DNA of 63,533 nt, filler included, from Chiloscyllium plagiosum (taxonomy: Eukaryota): the NCBI RefSeq assembly GCF_004010195.1. It is 6 parts of one record of this genome, joined end to end, with 100 filler letters (N's around TTAATTAATTAA, not from the genome) between each part and the next. Parts side by side here need not be neighbours in the genome. Positions count along the whole stretch, not along the records: positions 43,929 to 52,764 come from NC_057710.1; positions 52,865 to 55,958 come from NC_057710.1; positions 56,059 to 62,120 come from NC_057710.1; 3 more parts are not named here. The stretch is one strand, 5' to 3'. Positions 49,751 through 61,168 of this stretch are shown here, piece by piece (within the stretch, counting starts at the first letter, position 1; every line of letters begins with the position of its first letter). Below the pieces are notes generated by a model. It was not told the DNA's origin, made no database searches, and worked only from the letters and a program-made list of their open reading frames with translations. The translations under genes were made by a program, and so were the position numbers.

Positions 49751-50859
49751 ACTATATGCAGTGTTTACATACAGTTGGGGTATTCCAAATGGTAGATTTT
49801 TTCCTTTCATTTGAAACTGTGTGCTAAACAGCTTTGCCTTTTTGCTGAATCACACTTGTTTTCACAGAAAAATCATAGTTTGTTGTTTATTAAATAATCT
49901 TTTATTGTAAATATAAGATTGATGGAACATTAATTGGCCATGTCGATAATTACATCAAACATTGACTTTTATGTTGCATGGAATACTGTAATGGGATTGG
50001 AGAGACATAGTGTGCTCCTCTCATCTCAGTCATTACACTTTCTTTCAACGATCAAGAACGGCGTTCTCCTTTCTCTAGCCCCGTAGGAAAATTTCTTCAG
50101 CTGTTGCAACATTCTGACAGAAACATATAATGGAGCTTTCTATCTCATTTACTGTACAGATGTCTGTTTTCCTCTTTAGTAAAGTATTTGACTCATGTAA
50201 AATTGATTTTCCTTCCCACCTTTTAGTTCCCACAGCTCCTTGTATACCTCCCTATCCACAAAGGGTTCTGATGTCCAATCTATCAGGTCGAGTCGGTAAG
50301 ATTTAAGGCTCCAGCACCTGTGATGTGAATCCAATGGGAAGACGCTTGACCATGTTCACCAGTCAGTGAAGCCTAGGTTTTGGAGACCATATCAGCAGGG
50401 TACGTCTTAATCTTCAAATTCAGAGGCATAGTCAGTTCCTGTAGAGAGCTATCTTTTTAAATGAGATGAGACTTCTGTGTAACTCAAAGGCAACCAGTGA
50501 GGTCCTACACTATTGTATTTTATTTATATTATAATTTGGCATCCATTTATTGAGGATATAAAAAAGAAAGTAACATTTCTCTATCAGAGGTCTCAATTGG
50601 TTTACTATTAATCAAATACTTATGAAATGTAGCCACAGTTTAGTATGTGAAACAATGAAAAAGATGTAGCCCAGAGTCAAGGAGATGTTATTAGAGGTGA
50701 AGAGTTATAGTTATCAGGAGAGTCTTGAGATGTTGTGGCTTATGTGGCTGAAGATCTTCCAGATTATAAAGCACCCTTTTGATTAATTCCTGATCGTTTG
50801 TAAGGAGTAATGTGTACAGTTCTGGTCACCCTGCAATTGGAATATTGTTATTAAATTAG

Positions 50860-52764
50860 AAATTGGTGTAAATAAATAGGTGGAGACGGAGCCCAGAGAG
50901 AGAGAGAAAAGTAGATAGACAGACAAAGAGATGATTGTAAGCCAAGGAGAAAGACAAGTTGATAATGGGGACCATAAGTAAGTGAAAATAGCTGAAAGCA
51001 GCCAATGTCAGAACAGGGCCAAGGGTGTGGGGTTAAAGGATACAAAGGAAGGTGTTCAGGTTCTAAAATTATTGAACTGGACATTGAGTCATGAGGCATG
51101 CACTGAACCTTGCTGGTACACTGCAGCAAGCCCAAGTTGGAAAGGTTGGCCAGGGTACACAGGAATGTGAAGTGGGAGACAACTGGAAGCTTGAGAGCAT
51201 TTTTGTAGACAGAACCTAGGTATTCCTGTCTATGCTGAAGAGACCACATTGTGAGGAGTGAATACAGTAGACTTGACTGAGTGAAGTGCAGGTAAACCCC
51301 AAAGAACAAAGAAAAATACAGCACAGGAACAGGCCCTTCGGCCCCCCAAGCCTGAGCAGATACATTTTGCCCTACCATGTTAAAACTGTCTTCGCTTACA
51401 GGATCCCTCTATTCTCTTCCTATTCATGTATTGGTCTAAATGTTTCTTAAATGCTGCTATTGTGTCTGCTTCTACCACCTCCTCTGGCAGTGTGTTCCAG
51501 GCACTCACCACCCTTTGTGTGAAAAATGTACCTTGCACATCTCTTTTAAATCTCCCCCCCTCCTCCCCCCCCCCCACAATTCCCCTCCCCTACCCTGCAT
51601 CTTGAACCTGTGTCCCTGAGTAATTGACCCCTCCACCCTGGCAAAAAGCCTCATACTTTCCACTCTATCCATGCCATTCACAATCTTATAAACTTCCATC
51701 AGGTTGCCCCTCAACCTCTGTGTTCCAGTGAAAACAAACCCAGTCTATCCAACTTTTCTTCATTGCTAAAATCCCCTATACTGGGCAACATCCTGGTAAA
51801 CCTTTTCTGTACCCTCTCCAAAGCATCTGCATCCTTCTGGTAGTGTGGTGACCAGAACTGTGCCAGTACTCCACTAAAGCAAACTCGCGTACAGCTCCAA
51901 CATAATCTCCTTGTTCTTCTCAACTGTGCATCAACTGATACCAGAAGTGATCCCAAGCCTTCTTAACTACTCATTTACATATACTGCCACATTCAGGGAT
52001 CTGTAAACAAATATTGCAAGATCCCTCTGTTCCTCTGAGCTTCCTGGTGTCTCACAGATGGGCCAATGTGCCAAGGAGTGACAGATAGAGTTTAATTTAG
52101 ATAAATGTGAGGTGCTGCATTTTGGAAAGGCAAATCAAGGCAGGACCTACGCACTTAATTAAGGTCCTGGAGAGTGTTGATAAACAAAGAGACTTTGAAG
52201 TGCAGGTTTACAGTTCCTTGAAGGTGAAGTCACATGTAGATAGGATATTGAAGAAGACATTTGGGATGGTTACCTTTAATGATCAGAGCATTGAGTATAG
52301 GAGTTGGGAGGACATGTTGTGGCTGTGCAGGACATTGGTTAGGCCACTGTTAAAATACTGAGTGCAATTGTGGTCTCCCTGCTATAGGAAGGATGTTGTT
52401 AAACTTGAAAGGGTTCAGGAAAGATTTAGAAGGATGTTGCCAGGGTTAGAGGTTTTGGCCTCAAGAGAGAGGCTGGGGCTGTTTTCCTTGTAGCGTCAGA
52501 GGCTGAGGGGTGACCTTACAGGGGTTTATAAAATCATGAGGGACATGGATAGGGTAAATAGACAAGGGCTGAAAATGTGTTGCTGGAAAAGCGCAGCAGG
52601 TCAGGCAGCATCCAGGGAACAGGAGAATCGACGTTTCGGGCATAAGCCCTTCTTCAGGAATGAGGAAAGTTTGTCCAGCAGGCTAAGATAAAAGATAGGG
52701 AGGAGGGGCGTTGGAAATGCGATAGGTGGAAAGAGGTCAAGGTGAGGGTGATAGGTCAGACTGG
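50860..52764. mobile_element. Decayed PLE GIY-YIG piece, two CR1 fragments (51300-52055 minus, 52055-52566 plus) and a PLE family 1 end (52567-52764)
   Basis: ORF 50851..51378 (LPVVSHF...LGLLQC), ORFs 51711..51956 and 52107..52361. An intact hammerhead core is on the minus strand at about 52628-52659. Confidence 0.78.
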
Positions 52765-52864
52765 NNNNNNNNNNNNNNNNNNNNNNNNNNNNNNNNNNNN
52801 NNNNNNNNTTAATTAATTAANNNNNNNNNNNNNNNNNNNNNNNNNNNNNNNNNNNNNNNNNNNN
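52765..52864. other. Artificial contig spacer
   Basis: N44-TTAATTAATTAA(52809-52820)-N44. Confidence 0.97.
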
Positions 52865-53315
52865 ATTCAGCACCGCCCTCTTGACCTGCAGTCTTCTTCC
52901 CGACCTCTCCGCCCCCACCCCCTCTCCGGCCTTTCACCCTCACCCTCACCTCCTTCCACCTATCGTATTCCCAGCGCCCCTCCCACCCCCACCTTTTATC
53001 TTAGCCAGCTTGGCACACCAGCCTCATTCCTGAAGAAGGGCTTATGCCCGAAACGTCGATTCTCCTGCTCCTCAGATGCTGCCTGGCCTGCTGCGCTTTT
53101 CCATGAAAATGGAGAGGTCAAGAAAGGGGAGGGAGGTGTCCAAGATAAACCAAATGAATGAGGGTGGGCTGGAAGTTGTGGGCGAAGTCGATGAATTACT
53201 CCAGTTCAGCCTGAGTGCAGGATGGAGCACCAATAATGTCATCAATGTAATGGTGGAAGAGTTGGGGAACAATACCTGTGTATGTGCTGAAGAGGGACTG
53301 CTTGACGTAGCCAAT
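52865..53315. mobile_element. PLE family 1 3' end (plus, to about 53102) abutting a PLE RT fragment (minus)
   Basis: Hammerhead core at about 53028-53059. The minus strand encodes HYIDDIIG and DTSLPFLDLSI (PLE RT motifs). Confidence 0.8.
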
Positions 53316-53745
53316 GAGATTGTCACTGATCTTCTGCTTCAACACCGTTTTCCTGCATTATCTCTGTATCCCTTGATGTTTTCAATATGTAGAAATTGAT
53401 CCATGTTAACCATGAACACACTCAATGGATAAGCCCCTACAGCTTTCAGGTGTAGAGTATCCAATAGATTTAGCAGCATCTGAGTGAAGAAAGTCCTCCT
53501 CATCTCTGTCCTACATGACCTGCCCCTTATTCTAAGACCACGTTCTCTTGTCCTAGAACCCCATCTTGCTGCAGGTAGGGGAAACATTTCCCTTCTACTC
53601 TGTCAATTCCTGTAAGCACTGTTTATACTTGAACAAGATTACCTCTCATGCTTCTAAATTTCAAGGAATGTAGGCCCAGTCTGTTTAACCTTCCTTCCCA
53701 GGACAATTCCTCCATCCCATCCATTAGTTTGGTGAACTTTTCTTG

Positions 53746-53861
53746 GACAAAGTTAAAAATCACACCGACACCAGGTTATAGTCCAACAGGTTTTAGTCAA
53801 ACCTGGTATTGTGTGCTTTTTAACGTCTTCTGTTAAATCCAACACCAGCACCTCCACATCA
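53746..53861. mobile_element. PLE family 2 miniature foldback with a 12-bp TSD, inside a minus-strand CR1 fragment (about 53320-54050)
   Basis: Inverted arms gttaaaaatcacac...ccaggtt and aacctgg...gtgtgctttttaac. TSD gaacttttcttg at 53734-53745 and 53862-53873. Confidence 0.75.
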
Positions 53862-54310
53862 GAACTTTTCTTGCACTCTCTCTCTGGCAAGGATATCCTT
53901 CTGTAGGTACAGAGACTAGAACATCATGTAATATAATCGGTTCTATAGAACTGCTGTAAGACATCTTCACTCTGATGCTCAAATCCTTTTGTAATAAAAA
54001 TCAATACACCATTTGCCTTAACTACTTGCTGCACCACCATGTTAGCACCAGTTCAGGGCGACTCAGTAATTCTGTGTGGAAAGGTGGAGTTGAGGTAGCA
54101 GAACAGCCATGACCTGACTGAATGGCAGCGGCAGCTCGAGGGCTTCTGTTTTCTATAACCTAACGGAGGATCATTCACCTTGTGCTTTTGGTTTCATTCA
54201 TTCACAGGCACTTCAACCTTATTTTGTAATGGTGTGAGTTAGAACAGGAATATTTCTCTTCACCCACAAATGTTGCCTGACCCACAGGCCCTTGTTAAAC
54301 TTGCTCCCTT

Positions 54311-54830
54311 CATAGAACATAGAACAGTACAGCACAGTACAGGGCGTTCGGCCCACGATGTTATGCCAAGCATTTATCTTAATCTAAGATCTAAGATCTG
54401 ACACACCCCTCAATTTACTGCCATCCATGTGCTTGTCCAGCAGTCGCTTTAATGTCCCTAATGTCTCTGACTATAATCCCACTGTTGGCAGTGCATTCCA
54501 CACACCCACCACTCTCCGTGTAAAGAACCTACCTCTGACATCTCCCCTGGACCTTCCTCTGATCACCTTAAAATTATGACCCCTCGTTACAGCCATTTCT
54601 GCCCTGGGGAAAAGTTTCTGGCTGTCTACTCCATCTATGCCTCTCATTACCTTGTACACCTCTATCAAGTCACCTCTCTTCATCCTCCTCTCCAGTGTGA
54701 AAAACCCTAGCTCACTCCACCTCTCCTCATAAGACAAGCCCTCCAAAGCAGGCAGCATCCTGTAAATCTCCTCTGCACCCTCTCGAAAGCGTCTACCTCC
54801 TTCCTATAATGAGGCGACCAGAACTGGACA
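54311..54830 (-). mobile_element. CR1/HER1 LINE 3' end
   Basis: ORFs 54707..54925 and 54471..54758, with the tail catagaacatagaacagtac. Confidence 0.9.
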
Positions 54831-55115
54831 TTTGATTGTAGTTTCTTTAGTTTCTGCCTGGCTTTTAATTCAAAGCTGCACCATGGCTGATGGTGGAGTT
54901 GTTTGTGGAGTCTTCTCATAGTCACCTATCCAGCAGTACTGCAATTGTGACATAGAGATGGAATAAATTACACCCAAAAACATGGCTCCTCTGGTAATAC
55001 AGTTTATCTCACCAGGTCTGTGTAAATAACAGGGTGGCTTCACTCTCACTGTTAGATATTACATTGGTAATGAGATCCCCAAACACCAGCCAAACTGCTT
55101 GAATCTTTTCCTTAC

Positions 55116-55258
55116 CCCAATTCCGTTTCCATGATGCAGCCTGCAGTCTCATCTGCACAGATACAGCCACGCTCCTCAGTATCATGTGTCAGTCCCAGAT
55201 TGTGGCCCAGTTCATGGGCCACCGTTGCAGCAGCAGCCAAGAAGCTTGGCTGGCTGTC
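55116..55258 (-). CDS. Exon encoding the catalytic zinc-binding motif and Met-turn of an ADAM (reprolysin/M12B) metalloprotease, ADAM12/ADAM15-like
   Basis: Acceptor gtcttctgttccttcctAG, donor GG/GTAAGG; 143 nt, phase 0 to 2, no stops: DSQPSFLAAAATVAHELGHNLGLTHDTEERGCICADETAGCIMETEL(G). Contains HExxHxxGxxHD and the CIM Met-turn. Confidence 0.95.
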
Positions 55259-55379
55259 CTAGGAAGGAACAGAAGACATTCCTGTTATCATCTCAGTCAC
55301 TTGCACTCACAACACGTCTCACTTAAACTCAGCGCTCTCTGGTTATTTCTTCCGGCACTAGCTCACTCTCAAATCTCCA

Positions 55380-55958
55380 GCTCAGACTCAGTCACTTGCT
55401 CATAATTCATCACAAGCTCACACTCAGTCACTATTTCACATTCAGTCTCTCACACTCAGTCACTATCTCACACTCAGTCTCTCACACTCAGTCACTATCT
55501 CACACTCAGTCTCTCACACTCAGTCACTCACAGTCTCTCACTCACACAGTCTCTCACTCACACTCAGTCTCTATTTCACACTCAGTCACTATCTCACACT
55601 CAGTCTCTCACTCACACTCAGTTACTATCTCACAGTCTCTCACACACTCAGTCACTATCTCACATTCAGTCTCTCACTCAAACTCAGTCACTGTCTCACA
55701 GTCAGTCTCTCACTCACACTCAGTCACTATCTCACACTCAGTCTCTCACTCACACTCAGTTACTATCTCACAGTCTCTCACACACTCAGTCACTATCTCA
55801 CATTCAGTCTCTCACTCAAACTCAGTCACTGTCTCACAGTCAGTCTCTCACTCACACTCAGTCACTATCTCACACTCAGTCTCTCACACTCAGTCACTCA
55901 CACTCAGTCAATATCTCACACTCAGTCACTATCTCACACTCAGTCTCTCACACTCAGT
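55380..55958 (+). repeat. Low-complexity tandem array of CTCACACTCAGT/CACTAT/CTCT units with a 138-bp higher-order duplication
   Basis: The variant gttactatct recurs at 55621 and 55759 with matching flanks. The array runs into the gap. Confidence 0.95.
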
Positions 55959-56058
55959 NNNNNNNNNNNNNNNNNNNNNNNNNNNNNNNNNNNNNNNNNN
56001 NNTTAATTAATTAANNNNNNNNNNNNNNNNNNNNNNNNNNNNNNNNNNNNNNNNNNNN
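55959..56058. other. Artificial contig spacer
   Basis: N44-TTAATTAATTAA(56003-56014)-N44. Confidence 0.97.
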
Positions 56059-57452
56059 TCAGCAGTGAATCTGTACAGTCAGCAGTGAGACTGGACATTA
56101 AGCAGTGAATCTGCACAGTCAGCACTGAATCTGCGCAGTCAGCAGTGAATCTGCACAGTCAGCAGTGAGACTGTACAATAAGCAGTGAATCTGCACAGTC
56201 AGCACTGAATCTGCGCAGTCAGCAGTGAATCTGCACAGTCAGCAGTGAGACTGTACAATAAGCAGTGAATCTGCACAGTCAGCACTGAATCTGCGCAGTC
56301 AGCAGTGAATCTGCACAGTCAGCAGTGAGACTGTACAATAAGCAGTGAATCTGCACAGTCAGCACTGAATCTGCGCAGTCAGCAGTGAATCTGCACAGTC
56401 AGCAGTGAGACTGTACAATAAGCAGTGAATCTGCACAGTCAGCACTGAATCTGCGCAGTCAGCAGTGAATCTGCACAGTCAGCAGTGAGACTGTACAATA
56501 AGCAGTGAATCTGCACAGTCAGCAGGGAATCTGCACAGTCAGCAGTGAATCTGCACAGTCAGCGGTGAATCTGCACAGTCAACAGTGAATCTGCACAGTC
56601 GGCAGTGAATCTGCACAGTCAGCAGTGAATCTGCACAGTCAACAGCTAATCTGCACAGTCAGCAGTGAGTCTGCACAATCAGCTTTGAATCTGCAGTCAG
56701 CACTGAATCTGCACAATCAGCAGTGAAACTGTACATTCAGCAGTGAATCTGCACTGTCAGCAGTGACACTGTACTATCAGCAGTGAATCTGTACAGTCAG
56801 CAGTGAATCTGTACAGTCAGCAGTGAGACTGGACATTAAGCAGTGAATCTGCACAGTCAGCACTGAATCTGCGCAGTCAGCAGTGAATCTGCACAGTCAG
56901 CAGTGAGACTGTACAATAAGCAGTGAATCTGCACAGTCAGCAGTGAATCTGCACAATCAGCAGTGAATCTGCACAGTCCACAGTGAATCTACACAGTCAT
57001 CACTGAATCTGCACAGTCAGCGGTGAATCTACAGTTAGCCGAGAATCTACACAGTCTGTAGTGAATCTGCCCAGTCGGCAGTAAATCTACACAGTCCACA
57101 GTGAATCTACTCTGTCACCAGTGAATCTACACAGTCCATAGTGAATCTACACAGTCCACAGTGAATCTACACAGTCCACAGTGAATCTGCGCCATCAGCA
57201 GTGAATCTACACAGTCCATAGTGAATCTACACAGTCCACAGTGAATCTACACAGTCCATAGTGAATCTACACAGTCCACAGTGAATCTACACAGTCCACA
57301 GTGAATCTACTCTGTCACCAGTGAATCTACACAGTCCACAGTGAATCTGCACAGTCCACAGTGAATCTGCACAGTCCACAGTGAATCTACACAGTCCACA
57401 GTGAATCTGCACAGTCCACAGTGAATCTACACAGTCCACAGTGAATCTACAC
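56059..57452 (+). repeat. 20-bp satellite (AGCAGTGAATCTGCACAGTC)n with an 80-bp higher-order repeat
   Basis: About 70 monomers, including five identical 80-bp tetramers at 56101-56500. The distal part shifts to the variant CACAGTGAATCTACACAGTC. Confidence 0.97.
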
Positions 57453-57730
57453 AACTCACTGTTCTGCTGTTTGATCTCAAGTGAACATCAGAAAAATGAA
57501 CAAACAGCAAAATTCACAGCTGAACATGGAGAAGCCTGTGTGGAAGAAAGCTCACAGCAGCTAAGTGGCTGTTTAAAGCGTATCCTTACTTTTATTTTTG
57601 TAAATCTGCAATAATGAGTGGAGTAAGTTCTTTTTTCAATTTCTTTCCTGCAAAACCTGTGACAAATTTGTGGCAATAGTACTGAGATGTCCGCACTAGA
57701 ACTTGCCACCCCTAGAGCCGAAGCAATAGA

Positions 57731-58266
57731 ACATAGAAGAATACAGCGCAGTACAGGCCCTTTGGCCCTCGATGTTGCGCCGATCCAAGACCACCTAACC
57801 TATACTAACCCACTATCCTCCATATACCTATCCAATGCCCGCTTAAATGCCCATAAAGAGGGAGAGTCCACCACTGCTACTGGCAGGGCATTCCATGAAC
57901 TTACGACTCGCTGAGTGAAGAACCTACCCCTAACTTCAGTCCTATATCTACCCCCCCTTAATTTAAAGCTATGCCCCCTTGTAATACCCGACTCCATACG
58001 CGGGAAAAGGTTCACACTGTCAACCCTATCTAACCCCCTAATCATCTTGTACACCTCAATCAAGTCACCCCTAAACCTTCTTTTCTCTAATGAAAACAGC
58101 CCCAAGTGTCTCAGTCTTTCCTCATACGATCTTCCTTCCATACCAGGCAACATCCTGGTAAACCTCCTCTGCACCCGTTCCAGTGCCTCCACATCCTTCC
58201 TATAGTATGGCGACCAAAAATGCACACAATATTCCAGATGCGGCCGCACCAGAGTCTTATACAACT
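57731..58266 (-). mobile_element. Young 5'-truncated CR1/HER1 LINE with TSD
   Basis: Uninterrupted ORF 57800..58270. The direct repeat gcaataga flanks it at 57723-57730 and 58267-58274. Confidence 0.93.
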
Positions 58267-58274
58267 GCAATAGA

Positions 58275-60855
58275 TAGAAAGTTGCCTAGAAATTTACTGT
58301 TCACAAACTGTGACAAGTCTAACTTGGCCATTGGTCTACACTCAATCATCAGCAAAGTGAATGCATGTATCATTGACAGGTTTATCAAGCAACACGTATT
58401 CAGTCGTGACCAATTACTGATGCTCAGCTCATGCTCCACCAGAACAATTCCAATCCTGATCTCACTAAAGCCTCAGTTCAAACAGGATCTTAAGAGCTGA
58501 ATTCCAAAGGTGAGGTTAGAGTAACTGGCCTTGACATAATGGCCTCATGTGACATCAGAGAGCCTTAGCAAAACTCTGAGCTGCTTGTCATACTGAGTAC
58601 AACAGAAGTTGGTTGTGGTTATTGAAGGTCAGCCATCTCAGCTCCACAACATCTCTGCAGAAGTTCTTCAGGATAGTGTTCCAGGCGCAACCATCTTCTG
58701 CTGCTTCATCAACGACGTCCTCTCCAAAGTCAGGTCAGAAGTGGGAATATTCACCAATGACTCACCATTCGTGACTCCTCAGGTACAGAAGAAGTCCAAG
58801 TTCAAATGCAACAAACTCTGGACACTATCCAGGCTTAGGTTGACAAGTGGCAAATAATATTTGTGCCATACAAGTGCCAGGCAATCACCATCTCCAACAA
58901 GATATATTTGGAAAGGCAAGGAATGATTAGTCAACATGGCTTTGTGCGTGGGAAATCATGCCTCATGAACTTGATTGAATTTTTGAAGAAGTAACAAAGA
59001 GGATTGATGCGGGAAGAGCAGTAGATTAAATCTATATGGACTTCAGTAAGGCATTCGACAAGGTTCCCTATGGGAGACTGGTTAGCAAGGTTGGAACTCT
59101 TGGAAAACAGGGAGAACTACCCATTTGGATACAGAACTGGCTCAAAGGTAGAAGAGAGGGGTGGTGGTAGAGGGCTGTTTTTCAGACTGGAGGCCTGTAA
59201 CCAGTGGAGTGCCACAAGGATCGGTGCTGGGTCCTTTTACTTCTTGTCATTTATATAAATGATTTGGATGCAAGCATAAGAGGTACAGTTAGTAAGTTTG
59301 CGGATGACACCAAAGTTGGAGGTGTAGTGGACAGCGAAGAAGGTTACCTCAGATTACAACAGGATCTTGACCAGATGGGCCAATGGGCTGAGGAGTGGCA
59401 GATGGAGTGTAATTTAGATAAATGTGAGGTGCTGCATTTTGGAAAAGTAAATCTTAGCAAGACTTATACACTTAACGGTAAGGTCCTGGGGAGTGTTGCT
59501 GAACAAAGAAACTTTGGAATGTAGGTTCATAATTCCTTGAAAGTGGAGTCGCAGGTAGATAGGATAGTGAAAAAGATGTTTGGTATGCTTTTCTTTCCTG
59601 ATCAGACTATTGCGTACAGGAGTTGGGAGGTCATGTTGCAGCTGTTCAGGACATTGGTTAGGCCACTTTTGGAATATTGCACACAATTCTGTCTCCTTCC
59701 TGTCAGAAACATGTTATAAAACTTAAAAGGGTTCAGAAAAGATTTACAAGGATGTTGACAGGGTTGGAGGATTTGAGCTATAGGGAGAGGTTGAATAGGC
59801 TAGGACTGTTTTCCCTGGAGCGTCGGAGGTTGAGGGGTGACCTTATAGAGGTTTATAAAATCATGAGGGGCACAGATAGGATAAATAGGCAAAGTTTTTT
59901 CCCTGGGGTGGGGAAGTCCAGAATTAGAGGGCATAGGTTTAGGGTGAGAGGGGAAAGATGTAAAAGTGATCTAAGTGGCAACTTTTTCACGTAGAGGGTG
60001 GTACATGTATGGAATAAGCTGCCAGAGGAAGTGATGGAGGCTGGTATGATTGCAACATTTAAGAGGCATCTGGGTGGGTATATGAATAGGAAGAGTTTAG
60101 AGGGATATGGGTCAGGTGCTGGCAGGTGGGACTAGATTGGGTTGGGATATCTGGTTGGCATGGGCGAGTTGACCAAAGGGTCTGATTCCGTGCTGTACAT
60201 CTCTATGACTCTATAAGAGAGAATCTAACTAACCATTGCTCCTTGATATTCAATGGCATTACCATCACTGAATCCCCTAGTATCAACATCCTAAGGATTA
60301 CCAGAAAATGAAGTAAACTATGGCTTCTGGATCAATTTCGAGGCTGGGAATCTTGCAACAAGTAATTCATCTCCTGATCCCCCCGCACCCCCCCCCCAAC
60401 ACCTGTCCACCAACGCACAGGTCAGGGGTGTGAGAGAATACTCCCCACTTGTCTGGTTGAGTGCAGCTCCCACACTTAAGAAGCTTCTTATCATCCACAA
60501 CAAAGCAATCCACTTGAATGGCACAAACATTCACATCCTCTACTACAGATGCTCAGTAACAACAGTGTATACTATCTACAAGATGCATTGCCATAACTTG
60601 CCAAGGCTCCTCAAACAGCACCTTCCAAACCCCTGACCTTTACCCTTTAGAAGGACGAGGACAGCAGATACGTGGGAATACCAACCAAGTTCCCTTCCAA
60701 GTCACTCACCATCCTGATTTGTTGATATACTGCTGTTCCTTCATTATTGTTGGGTCAAAATCCTGGAAATCCCTCCCTAACAGCATTGTTTTTGCATCTA
60801 CAGCATATGGGATGCAGCGATTCAAGAAGACAGCTTACTTTAGCTTCTCAAAAGC
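58275..60855 (+). mobile_element. Old CR1/L2-type LINE RT to 3' region, split by a younger CR1/HER1 copy
   Basis: ORF 58609..58857 (VLQDSVPGATIFCCFIND) and ORF 60430..60636 (EYSPLVW). The sequence ...ctccaacaaga at 58902 resumes as aagagagaatctaac at 60215. Confidence 0.72.
58903..60214 (+). mobile_element. CR1/HER1 LINE 3' half with tail
   Basis: ORFs 59204..59524 (KFADDTK), 59537..59719 and 59677..59994, with the tail ctctatgactctat. Confidence 0.92.
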
Positions 60856-60861
60856 AACATT

Positions 60862-61168
60862 TGGGGTGGCACAGTGGCTCAGTGGTTAGCACTGCTGCCT
60901 CATGGCACCAGGGTCCCAGGTTCGATTCCACTCTCGGGCGACTGTGTGGAGTTTGCACATTCTCTGCGTGGGTTTCGTCTGGGTGCTCTGGTTTCCTCCC
61001 ACACTCCAAAAATGTGCAGGTCAGGTGAATTGACCATACTGAATTGCTCAGAGTGCTAGGTGCATTAGAGGTAAATGGATCTGGGTGGGTTACTCTTCCG
61101 AGGATTGGTGTAGACTTGTTGGGCTGAAGGGCCTGTTTTCACACTGTCGGGAATCTAATCTAATCTAA
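60862..61168 (+). mobile_element. HE1-type SINE
   Basis: ggggtggcacagtggctcagtggttagcactgctgcc, ggttcgattcc and an (aatct)n tail. Confidence 0.92.

Noticed and set aside
51553..51596. C-rich tract as a functional G-quadruplex
   Set aside because: It is a local homopolymer expansion inside a decayed LINE, with no other support.
52567..53102. A single PLE foldback spanning the gap
   Set aside because: The two arms carry different diagnostic variants (gtccagcagg and gaacagg versus gccaagctgg and gagcagg), and the interrupted LINE does not resume after the right arm.
55396..56010. 204-aa Ser/His-rich ORF
   Set aside because: It is the translation of a stop-poor tandem repeat running into Ns, and it lies antisense within the ADAM intron.
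56059..57452. CRISPR-like or coding repeat
   Set aside because: These are contiguous 20-bp monomers with no spacers and no long ORF.
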